The notes under the pieces: generated by a model
What the model was told of the DNA's origin: nothing
Databases searched by the model: none
Seen by the model: the letters and a program-made list of their open reading frames with translations, nothing else
Translations under genes and position numbers: made by a program
Assembly (NCBI GenBank): GCA_029008615.1
Contig: JAQXJI010000037.1
Coordinates: 381-64,380 of the forward strand
Length of the DNA: 64,000 bases
Reading direction: 5' to 3'
Origin: Elusimicrobiota bacterium
Lineage (GTDB): Bacteria > Elusimicrobiota > Elusimicrobia > Elusimicrobiales > Elusimicrobiaceae
Shown: positions 9,618-18,131 of the stretch, piece by piece
Position numbering within the stretch: position 1 is the stretch's first letter
Layout of the letters: every line of letters begins with the position of its first letter

Positions 9618-10727
9618 TTAAAGGAAAGTCATCTCCACCAGTTCGGGCGTAATTCTGTCTATGGAGAAATTGGAATAATATCTCCTTAAAATCTTGGCCG
9701 AAAATTCTTCGGAAGTTTTTATGTTGGCCTGAACTTCAAAAGTGGCGTTGGAATTGGTATATTTAACCAAACTGAAATCTTCCACTTCTCTAAGCTGACG
9801 CATAATGTTCTGCATTTCTTCCAAACGCTCTATGGTGTTTACGTTTTTGACTATAAATTTAAAAGTCTTCGCGGAATTGACAGCCATACTTATAGGCTCG
9901 GCCGTTTGCGCCCCGGCGTTTTCGCACGCGCCGGTCAAAGCTTTTTGCTGGGCGATGGAAAGTACTCCGTCAAGCCCGGTAAAATTATCGGCCGAATCGG
10001 TAATAACCTGATAGTTGCTGGCCGCGATAACTTTAATGTTGGCTTTGGCCCTTACCGGTTTAAAAGAAGTCGTAAGCTGGGACGCGCTTTCAAGCTCGTC
10101 CGCGGCGGCCTCGGCCAAGATTATATATCTTGCGCCTTCTTTCTTGGCCTTGTCTACGACCTGCGTATAATCTTCTAGATTGTTTTGGCTCAAATTTCCG
10201 CCGTCTATCAAAACGTAAGGATAATCTTTCAAAGCTTTATATATGCCTTGGCGGCAATACTGCTTTAAAGATATCTCGCCGTTGACGGTTTCCCTTGAAG
10301 CCACAAAAATATTAGTCTTTTTAACGTAATCCGCGCTTTGCAGTTCTTTAACTTTCGAAGAAAGTTCGCTGACCAACACCATAACGCGCGCTTCGCCGTA
10401 ATAACTTTCCCCTTTTCTGTAAGAAGTCGTCAAATAAGACTTTCTGATATACCCCGCCGGGTTATCCATAATCTGCTTTTTGACTTCGGGCGGGAACTCA
10501 ACCGTACTGTTTGAAGATAAAAACACCCTTGTTGCCTTTTCAAGAGCGTTAATTTCCGCTTGTTTAAGGACTTTTTTCTTCATTGCGGATTTGGAAATTT
10601 CCTCATAAGGAACCGTGGCCGAAGCCTGCACATATTCCCCCGCGCCTTTCGGCCCGATATTAAAACGCTGACAAGCCGTCAAAAGCAGAACGCAGCAGCA
10701 TAAAAGAGTAAGTTTTTTCATATACAC
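9618..10727 (-). CDS. hypothetical lipoprotein
   Basis: Signal peptide plus lipobox (LLLTAC). I recognise no catalytic motif. It sits 3 nt downstream of the 1487-aa ORF and 4 nt upstream of comM. Start could also be the third codon (ATG at 10721). Confidence 0.65.
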   Translation of the reverse strand: MYMKKLTLLCCCVLLLTACQRFNIGPKGAGEYVQASATVPYEEISKSAMKKKVLKQAEINALEKATRVFLSSNSTVEFPPEVKKQIMDNPAGYIRKSYLTTSYRKGESYYGEARVMVLVSELSSKVKELQSADYVKKTNIFVASRETVNGEISLKQYCRQGIYKALKDYPYVLIDGGNLSQNNLEDYTQVVDKAKKEGARYIILAEAAADELESASQLTTSFKPVRAKANIKVIAASNYQVITDSADNFTGLDGVLSIAQQKALTGACENAGAQTAEPISMAVNSAKTFKFIVKNVNTIERLEEMQNIMRQLREVEDFSLVKYTNSNATFEVQANIKTSEEFSAKILRRYYSNFSIDRITPELVEMTFL

Positions 10728-10730
10728 CTC

Positions 10731-13700
10731 TTATTTAAGAACGTCGCCCAACACTCTTACGTAAGCACTGGGGTTTTTAATGCTTTCGGCGTTGATTATG
10801 CCGCAGCGGATCATCATCACTTCAAGCATATGGGTAAGGATATCGTAGAAGTTATCCCTTATGGATTCTTGGCACACGGAAAGGGCAGGGCCTAAAATTA
10901 TCGCGCCTTTAAGATTTTTATTGTCGCAGATATTGGCTATCTTAAAAGCGGCGGAAATTATATGTTCCGTGGAATAGGAACTCTTCAAAGCGAAGTTAAA
11001 TCCGCCTTTTATGCCGAGTTCTTTTGCTTTTTGCATTACGCAGAAAGCCATCCATTTGAATTTATCGGCCTGATCCTGCGGATAAAAGAACCCGAAATTA
11101 CCCCAATCGGTATTTTCGCTTCTGTTAATGCTTACGATATCGGCGAAGTCCTTTTTGACTATTTCGCTGTTTTCGTTCTCGCCGTTGACGGCCAGCATTT
11201 CGTTAAGAATCTGCTCATAGGACATCTGTATAAGCCCGCTGTTATTTATACGGCGGCTTAAAACTTTAGCCCTTTTGATATTTCTGGCGACGGAGCCCAA
11301 ATTGACTTTATCAAAATTAAGAAAACCCTGGGATTGCACTTCGTTTAAGCCGAGTTCCGCGTCTTCCATCATTTTGGCGTATATTTTGGAGAAATGCTGC
11401 TGCCGAGGATGTTTAAGTTCCGACACCCAGCCTTGATCCAAACGGAAGCGGACAAGTTCTTCAAAGCGGGCCAAACTTTCCGGCGGATATTTGGAGGAAA
11501 TAAGAATTTGTTTCTTTTCCTGCAAGAAGCGGTTGAGCACGCGGGAAATAAATTCCCTGTTGTGCTCGTTGACGGCGGTAAGGTGTATATCATCGATAAT
11601 CAGCACTTCCACGGAGGAGAAAAAATCCTCCAAATGCTTCATATTGCCTTCTTCCACATATCTTTGTACGCCTCTTGAAAAGCGCACCCCGTTTGTAAAG
11701 AAAATCTTTTCCTGGCCGATTTTCATAGCAAGTTCATAGCCCATCGCATTAAGAAAATGAGTCTTGCCCGTGCCGCTGTCGCCATACACCATAAACGGGT
11801 TGTGCATAGTGCCGATATTATCAATAACGCTCATAGCAGTAGCGTGGGCGAAACGGTTGGAAGCCATATCCATTTTGTCAAAAGTAAACAAAGGATTTAA
11901 AGGTATTTCCAAGGGCCAGTTATTTCTTTTATAAACCTGCCCGGCCGAAACTAAAATCGTATGATCCACCATAGTCGCCGCGCGCGGAGCGGGGGCCGCG
12001 TGTTGTTGGGCTGGATTTGAAACCGGCCTTTGCACAGGCGTATGATGTTGGGCCGGATTCGGCATTTGAGGCGGATTTACCGTCGGACGCGGAGCTGCGG
12101 GGCGCGGCTGCATTCCAGGCGCTGCCGGCCTTGGAGCGGAAGGAGCGTTAACCTTGGGAGGAATCGGCGCGGACGGCGCTTTTGGGGCCGGAGAAACAGC
12201 TTGCCCCGGCACCGCCGGTCTGTTCAATTTGTTGTTATTGTTAAAATCGTCTTGTGTCATATCAACTTTTATCTCCCCACTAAGTATTTGTTTTTCAATT
12301 CTTTCTTTTATTTTTTTTGCAAAATCATTTTCAACATATTCTTTTTCTGAAGATTGAACCGTAGGCACTATCGGCGCGGACGGAGGCGCAGGCGGAGCCG
12401 GCGGTTTCGGCGGAGTGTTTAAGGCCGCCGCGACAGTTGCCGGAGGCTCCTGTGCGACAGCGGCGGAAACTTCAGCAACAGGCTTTTCCTGTTCGGATTC
12501 AAAAACCGGCTCCGGTTCAACGGAAGGGCCTTCAACGGAAGCGGCGGAAGGAACCGGAGATTCCCCCGACGGAACTTCCGCAATTTTAGAATACTCCTCT
12601 TGAACTTCCGGCATATCAAAAACATTACCAACTTCGGCCGGGCCTTCTTTTTCCTGCACCGATGCGGCTTCAAAAGAAGGCTGATCCGGCGCGGATTCAA
12701 ATGCGGCTTCTTCTACTGATTCTTCCGAAATATCCGCCGCAGAATTTTGAACATCATCGCCAGACGGATTAAAAATGCTGTGATTATCGTCAAGTTCGGT
12801 TATATTCGTTTCTATACTTTCGGCGTGTTCGGCCGCATCTTCAAAAGCCGCGCTCATATCAAAGACTTGAGGATTATCCTCCTGCGCGGAGGCTGCGGGA
12901 ACGCCTTTCTTTAAATCTATTATTCCGTCCGGATTCGGAACATTGTCGGCGGCGGAAAGCTTATCGTTTTCGGCGGCGACGGCATCCTCTTCCAAAATCA
13001 CCGGAGCGGGTTTTAAAGGTTTCGGCGCAACCGGCGGCGTCGGTATAACGGCTTTGGCGGCAGGTTCTTGCTTAGGCTCGGGTTTAATCGCTGCAGGTTT
13101 TGCCATATTGCCGCCAAAAGCAGGCGGCGCGGGCACAAAAGGTTTTTTTGAAGCGGAATTGCCTTCCGCAGCCGGCTTAAAAGCGTTAGACGTAAAGATA
13201 AACGGGGTTTGCGTCGTCTGAGCAGTATTTTCCCTCACCGTGTTTTTGGGAGTGGAAGGCCTTTGCAAACTCGGTTTAATTGCGGGTTCGACGGGCTCTT
13301 CCTCCGCGGATTGCGCTTGGGATTGTTCCGCAGGCACAATTTTCGCCGCAGTTGATTTTTCTTCTTTCAAATTTTCTTGCTTTGGCGCAGCCTCGGCTTG
13401 GCCGGGAACTTCCTGCTTTATTACGGAAGTGGCCGGCTTTTCGGAAGAAGATAAAAGATTAGGCACATCCATAAAATCATCAAAATTGCCCAAAGGCTTC
13501 TTTTCCGGAGGCATTACCGGCGTTTTTGTTGAGGTAGTGGCCGCAGGAGCCGCACCGCCTTGTAAAATTTCATCAACTTTATTTTGTCCGCCAGTTTCTT
13601 CGGGGTCGGCGTAAAATTCGCATATCGTTTCCGCGGCGAAGATATCATCCACCTCAATCTTTGCGGAAAGGTCATTGTTCGTTGTCGGCGCCAAAATTTC

Positions 13701-15194
13701 CTCTATCGGCACGGACGCCTTTCCTTCCGGCGCGATACTGTGAAAAACGCTATTAGTATCCCGAGACGGAACCGTTTTTGCGGGCGCCGTCTGAGGGGTA
13801 AATTCTTCCGTTATTTTTTTGGAACCCAAATTCGCAAAAGGATTCGGGGCCGGGACCGGGGCCGAGACTTCGGTTTTATGCCCTTCGGCTACGGAAGGAG
13901 AGGCAGGCTCTTGGGCTGTCATAACCTCAGCAGGATTTGCGGCTTCGGGAGGAGTTTGAACCTTCGGCAAAGGCGAGGGCTCTTTATGTTCGCGCTCCTT
14001 TAAATAGTCGGAAGCTTTTGACGCCAGCTTGCCAAAGAATCTGCCAAAAAATCCGCCTGATTTTTCTTCTTTTGCCGAATGAGCGGCCTTGGGAACGTCG
14101 TTTGCGGCGGAATTGCCAACGCCCGCCGTTACGGCCGGCATAAATTTATTTGCGGGCGCGGCGGCCTGATGCGCGGGAATATCCTTTTTATAAGGATCAT
14201 CCACCAACATTTCTCTGTTTTGGCGGCCGGGTGCGGCATTGGCCAGATCGCCCATAAGCCTTAAAGAAGGCTGTTGAACAGTCTGATTTTGGACAGTTTC
14301 ATCAGAATACTGCCCGCTTATTAAAGTGGCTATACCCATTGTAGCGGTTTTAGTGCCTTTCGTTAAAGTGCGAAAGCCCTCTTCCGAAGGATAACTTTTA
14401 AGTTTTGTGCCTTCGGCGGAGCTTAAATTGATAAAAGTGCCGTCGCCCACATCTACGTGGTTTTCCAATTCAATACTTAAAGAATCGACACTGGCCAAAT
14501 CCTGCCTTATTGAAAAACTGCCGTCGGATAACTGAACTTTGCCGGTGGAACTCTTTTCAAGCGGGCCGAAGATATCGGTCGGCGAAACTTTGGTTTCTTC
14601 TTTTTTGGGGCTTTCCGCTAAAAAATCTTTTTTTACAGCATTCGTCTCGGTCGGAATTGCGGCGGGGGCCTCGCGCCTGGGAGCGGAAGGCACTTGCCGA
14701 TGCGGCTCAAAAGCCGGCTTTGCCTGCTGAGGCGTAAAAGCCGGGCGCTGCGGGAGTTTGGGCTTTGGCGCGGCGGAAGGCTCTCGCGGAGCAAAAAACG
14801 CATTATGCTCTTGTAAAGTTTCTTCCGACACCTGCGCGGGGAAAGCCCCTTCGGAAGGCTCCTTCGCACCGGGGGCACGGCCCAGTATTTCCGTCTTCGG
14901 AGAAATCAAATCCAAATCTATGTGTTTGGTTCTTTCGTTTACGTCGCCTTCAATTACGACCTGCTGGGAAATTCCTTCTATTTTTATACGGATTTTTTCC
15001 AGCATACTGTCGTCGGTAATATTATAAAGTTCGAAAACGTGGGTAAAGGGAGGAACTTTCGCCTCTATCAAACGGCAAAACGCCGATAACTCCGCCGAAA
15101 TATTCTGCGCGGAATCATCCGTGCCCTCAACCAAAAGGACGTATATTGAATTATCGGTAAGGGTGTTCTCCCTTATTTCCCAACGTTTTATCAT
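10731..15194 (-). CDS. giant DnaA/Hda-like AAA+ protein with a ~1000-aa low-complexity region
   Basis: Uninterrupted 4.46-kb ORF. Residues ~1099-1320 align by eye to DnaA domain III. Matches include LNPLFTFDKMDMASNRF, Walker A GDSGTGKTH (nt 11761..11790), Walker B LIIDDIHL, a box VI-like ISSKYPP, and VRFRLDQGW (cf. SRF..G). No DnaA domain IV motif is seen. Confidence 0.8.
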   Translation of the reverse strand: MIKRWEIRENTLTDNSIYVLLVEGTDDSAQNISAELSAFCRLIEAKVPPFTHVFELYNITDDSMLEKIRIKIEGISQQVVIEGDVNERTKHIDLDLISPKTEILGRAPGAKEPSEGAFPAQVSEETLQEHNAFFAPREPSAAPKPKLPQRPAFTPQQAKPAFEPHRQVPSAPRREAPAAIPTETNAVKKDFLAESPKKEETKVSPTDIFGPLEKSSTGKVQLSDGSFSIRQDLASVDSLSIELENHVDVGDGTFINLSSAEGTKLKSYPSEEGFRTLTKGTKTATMGIATLISGQYSDETVQNQTVQQPSLRLMGDLANAAPGRQNREMLVDDPYKKDIPAHQAAAPANKFMPAVTAGVGNSAANDVPKAAHSAKEEKSGGFFGRFFGKLASKASDYLKEREHKEPSPLPKVQTPPEAANPAEVMTAQEPASPSVAEGHKTEVSAPVPAPNPFANLGSKKITEEFTPQTAPAKTVPSRDTNSVFHSIAPEGKASVPIEEILAPTTNNDLSAKIEVDDIFAAETICEFYADPEETGGQNKVDEILQGGAAPAATTSTKTPVMPPEKKPLGNFDDFMDVPNLLSSSEKPATSVIKQEVPGQAEAAPKQENLKEEKSTAAKIVPAEQSQAQSAEEEPVEPAIKPSLQRPSTPKNTVRENTAQTTQTPFIFTSNAFKPAAEGNSASKKPFVPAPPAFGGNMAKPAAIKPEPKQEPAAKAVIPTPPVAPKPLKPAPVILEEDAVAAENDKLSAADNVPNPDGIIDLKKGVPAASAQEDNPQVFDMSAAFEDAAEHAESIETNITELDDNHSIFNPSGDDVQNSAADISEESVEEAAFESAPDQPSFEAASVQEKEGPAEVGNVFDMPEVQEEYSKIAEVPSGESPVPSAASVEGPSVEPEPVFESEQEKPVAEVSAAVAQEPPATVAAALNTPPKPPAPPAPPSAPIVPTVQSSEKEYVENDFAKKIKERIEKQILSGEIKVDMTQDDFNNNNKLNRPAVPGQAVSPAPKAPSAPIPPKVNAPSAPRPAAPGMQPRPAAPRPTVNPPQMPNPAQHHTPVQRPVSNPAQQHAAPAPRAATMVDHTILVSAGQVYKRNNWPLEIPLNPLFTFDKMDMASNRFAHATAMSVIDNIGTMHNPFMVYGDSGTGKTHFLNAMGYELAMKIGQEKIFFTNGVRFSRGVQRYVEEGNMKHLEDFFSSVEVLIIDDIHLTAVNEHNREFISRVLNRFLQEKKQILISSKYPPESLARFEELVRFRLDQGWVSELKHPRQQHFSKIYAKMMEDAELGLNEVQSQGFLNFDKVNLGSVARNIKRAKVLSRRINNSGLIQMSYEQILNEMLAVNGENENSEIVKKDFADIVSINRSENTDWGNFGFFYPQDQADKFKWMAFCVMQKAKELGIKGGFNFALKSSYSTEHIISAAFKIANICDNKNLKGAIILGPALSVCQESIRDNFYDILTHMLEVMMIRCGIINAESIKNPSAYVRVLGDVLK

Positions 15195-15197
15195 AAG

Positions 15198-15833
15198 CTA
15201 ATCCGCAACTATTTTAACGCCCGAACTTGTGCCGAGCCTGCTTGCGCCGGCTTCTATCATTTTAAGGGCGTCCTCTTTGCTCCTGATTCCGCCGGAGGCT
15301 TTTACGGCCAGGCCGGAAGCTTCGGCCATAAGTTTTACATCTTCGGCCTTTGCGCCCGCGTCCGAAAATCCGGTGGAAGTCTTTACAAAATCCACACCGC
15401 ATTCGGCGCAAATTTTGCAGACGGTTTTCTTTTCTTCTTCGGTAAGATAAGAAGTTTCAATAATAACCTTGAGAGTTTTACCTTTACTGGCTTCACGCAC
15501 GGCGGCGATATCGGCTTTTACTACGTCAAGCATACCGCTTTTAAGCGCACCGATATTAATTACCATATCGACTTCGTCCGCGCCTTCTTTTATCGCCTGC
15601 TCCGCTTCAAAAGCCTTTACCCTGGAGGTATTGGCGCCCAAAGGGAAACCTATTACCGTGCAAACTTTTACGCCGCTGCCTTTAAGCAAATCGGCGCAAA
15701 AGCTGACCCAAAAAGGATTTACGCACACCGAAGCAAAACCGTACTCGGCCGCTTCCGCGCAAAGCTTGGTTACATCCTGTTTGGAGGCAACCGCTTTGAG
15801 TATGGTGTGATCTATATATTTGGCTAAGTTCAT
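15198..15833 (-). CDS. deoC: deoxyribose-phosphate aldolase
   Basis: N-terminus IDHTILK and the Schiff-base lysine context DFVKTSTGF. Length is ~211 aa. Confidence 0.9.
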   Translation of the reverse strand: MNLAKYIDHTILKAVASKQDVTKLCAEAAEYGFASVCVNPFWVSFCADLLKGSGVKVCTVIGFPLGANTSRVKAFEAEQAIKEGADEVDMVINIGALKSGMLDVVKADIAAVREASKGKTLKVIIETSYLTEEEKKTVCKICAECGVDFVKTSTGFSDAGAKAEDVKLMAEASGLAVKASGGIRSKEDALKMIEAGASRLGTSSGVKIVAD

Positions 15834-15835
15834 AA

Positions 15836-16588
15836 TTAATTATAGTCAATGATTCTGACGAATTTTTCCGCGACCAAAGCCTGCCCGCCCACGAGCACGC
15901 CGTCCACGTCTTCTTTAGCCATAATGGCGTCTACGTTTTCGGCCTTGACGCTGCCGCCGTAAAGGATTCTTACCGCATCGGCAAAGTCTTTGCCGAACTG
16001 TTCGGCCAAAACCGCTCTTATGGCTTTATGAGTTTCCTGAGCCTGTTCCGGGGTGGCGGTTTTGCCTGTGCCTATCGCCCAAACCGGTTCATAAGCGACA
16101 ACCATATCTTTAAGCTGTTCGGCCGTAAAGCCTTTAAGACCGTTGACGAGCTGACCTTTGATGACTTCTTCGGTTTTATTGCTTTCTCTCTGTTCAAGAG
16201 TTTCGCCGACACAGAATACGACTACCAAACCGTGTTTTAAAGCGGCGGCGACTTTTTTGTTCAAAATTTCATCTGTATCGCCAAAAAGGCTTCTTCTTTC
16301 GCTGTGGCCCAAAATGACGTGCGTCGCGCCCGCGCCTTTTACCTGTACGGGAGAAACTTGGGAAGTGAACGCGCCTTTATCTTCATAAAAGCAATCCTGC
16401 GCGGCTACTTTAAAACCTGTGCCAACCGAAGCTTTTACCACGGCGTTAATGCTGGTAAAGCTGGGGGCCACCATAATATCGGCGTTGTTTTTATTTTTGG
16501 CGGCTTTTAAACCTTCAATAAGGTTTACGGATTCTTCAACGGTATTGTGCATTTTCCAATTACCGGCTATGAAAGGTTTTCTTGACAT
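15836..16588 (-). CDS. tpiA: triosephosphate isomerase
   Basis: [16 protein letters not shown] and [14 protein letters not shown] 15836..16681 is trimmed to the ATG at 16588 ([14 protein letters not shown]), which is preceded by GGAG. Confidence 0.92.
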   Translation of the reverse strand: MSRKPFIAGNWKMHNTVEESVNLIEGLKAAKNKNNADIMVAPSFTSINAVVKASVGTGFKVAAQDCFYEDKGAFTSQVSPVQVKGAGATHVILGHSERRSLFGDTDEILNKKVAAALKHGLVVVFCVGETLEQRESNKTEEVIKGQLVNGLKGFTAEQLKDMVVAYEPVWAIGTGKTATPEQAQETHKAIRAVLAEQFGKDFADAVRILYGGSVKAENVDAIMAKEDVDGVLVGGQALVAEKFVRIIDYN

Positions 16589-16760
16589 TGGTAAAACTCC
16601 TAGAAAAAATTTTGATACTGCTGATATATATATATTATATATATAATATTTAGATTTTAGGAAATTTTGCTTATTTTGCAAACAATATCCCGCGCCGAAT
16701 CGTTAATATCATCCGCAAAACGACGCCTGATGAAAAACAAAAACTCCGCTTGTCCGGTAT

Positions 16761-16790
16761 GAAAAAGGCGGAGAATTTTATTCTCCGCCC
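16761..16790 (-). terminator. intrinsic terminator downstream of tolB
   Basis: Stem ggcggagaa (16767..16775) pairs with ttctccgcc (16781..16789). On the minus strand it is followed by a T-run (complement of aaaaa 16762..16766). Confidence 0.6.
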
Positions 16791-16830
16791 ATAGTTAAAT
16801 TATATTTTTTAAAGCCTTCGGCGCAAAAAG

Positions 16831-18129
16831 TTATTTACTCCAGTTCGGCGTAAAAGAATTGCCCCTTATATTGGCTATAAGATGCGGCGCGCTGCCGTCC
16901 GCATCCATAATATAAATCTGGCGTTTCCCGGCGCGCGTGGTGGTAAAAGCTATAAATCTGCCGTCGGGCGACCAGGTGGGGTCTTCGTTCCAGCCGGCGT
17001 CTGCCGTAAGCTGGCGTACCTGCGAACCAGTGATATCCGTTATAAAAATATCTATCGGATGATTGGGGGCCTGCCTGCCGGAAAATACTATCCAATCGCC
17101 GTTCGGCGACCATTGCGGGCTGTCGGTCCAGTTCATTTTGGTTATTCGGCGCGCTTCCTGCGTGGCCAAATTCATAATGTAAACCTGCGGGTTGCCGGAG
17201 CGGTTGGAAATAAAAGTTATATATTTACCGTCGGGCGAGAAAGACGGAGAACCGTCCACGCCGTATTTATCGGTAAGCCTGCGCATTGAACCGCTGTCCA
17301 AATCCTTAATGTAGATATTTGGGTTTTCCCCGCGCGAAAGCGTAAGCACCAAGCTTTTATCATCGGGAGAAACGCCGCCTATCAAGTTAAGGCCTCTTGT
17401 TTTTATTAACGGTTTGATTTTGCCTTCTTTCAAATCAATATAATAAACATCCGGGTTTCTGCGGCGGTAAGTGGTATAAAAAATCTTGCTTGAATCGGAA
17501 CTCCACCTCGGCAAAAGTGAAATGGATTTATCGCGCGTAAGCTTGGTAAGATTATAACCGTCATAATCCACCATATAAATTTCCTTTCTGCCGGTGGAAT
17601 CGTTGGCAAAAGCTATCCTGGTATCGGCTATGCCGCGCTTGCCCATAAGAAGCTTGACTATTTGATCGGCAAGCATATGCGCGCTGCGCCTTAAACTTTT
17701 GGAACTGCTTTTAAAATTTTTGGCTAAAATAGCTTTTTGGGATTCGGTATCGTAAAGGAAAGCTTTTATATCCCATTGACCTTCCGCGCTTTGCGCTATT
17801 TCCGCAAAAAGCAAATAGTCCATACCTTCCTTTCTGTATTTTGAAAACAAAGGCCCCAAGTTGTTTAAATCCGGCTTGGGCAGATTATCCTGGACGTCAA
17901 AATAGCGAGAGCGAAGCAAATCCGAACGCACTACGGAGGCCAGTTGGGAAGCAGTTTGCTTCTCAGCCTGGCTGTTTTCGTTTTTGGCGAAGAAATGCGC
18001 CACGCCGATTTTTGGCAGGGCGTTGGGATTGTATTTCGCGGAAAGGCCGATGTAAACATCGCTTTCCTTGGCAAAACACAATACCGGCAGCATCAACAAA
18101 AAAGCGGCCGTAAATTTAAGAAATTTCAT
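16831..18129 (-). CDS. tolB: Tol-Pal system beta-propeller protein TolB
   Basis: Signal peptide, an N-terminal TolB domain, and repeated SPDG/WSPDG beta-propeller blades. Confidence 0.9.
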   Translation of the reverse strand: MKFLKFTAAFLLMLPVLCFAKESDVYIGLSAKYNPNALPKIGVAHFFAKNENSQAEKQTASQLASVVRSDLLRSRYFDVQDNLPKPDLNNLGPLFSKYRKEGMDYLLFAEIAQSAEGQWDIKAFLYDTESQKAILAKNFKSSSKSLRRSAHMLADQIVKLLMGKRGIADTRIAFANDSTGRKEIYMVDYDGYNLTKLTRDKSISLLPRWSSDSSKIFYTTYRRRNPDVYYIDLKEGKIKPLIKTRGLNLIGGVSPDDKSLVLTLSRGENPNIYIKDLDSGSMRRLTDKYGVDGSPSFSPDGKYITFISNRSGNPQVYIMNLATQEARRITKMNWTDSPQWSPNGDWIVFSGRQAPNHPIDIFITDITGSQVRQLTADAGWNEDPTWSPDGRFIAFTTTRAGKRQIYIMDADGSAPHLIANIRGNSFTPNWSK

Positions 18130-18131
18130 TG

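Noticed and set aside
11985-12420. Repetitive GC-rich DNA that might look like a repeat array or CRISPR-like periodicity.
   Set aside because: The repeats are degenerate and in-frame, encoding Pro/Ala-rich peptide repeats inside the continuous 1487-aa ORF. There are no identical direct repeats with unique spacers and no cas genes.
16589-16681. N-terminal extensions offered by the ORF track for tpiA. The same applies to tdk (to 759), gatC (to 38230), glgP (from 45149), OFOR alpha (from 50238), the MFS gene (from 48500), the M50B-like gene (to 58353) and cls (from 25849).
   Set aside because: In each case an internal ATG with a Shine-Dalgarno-like sequence coincides with the conserved family N-terminus. 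The extension would also overlap the neighbouring gene or a promoter region.
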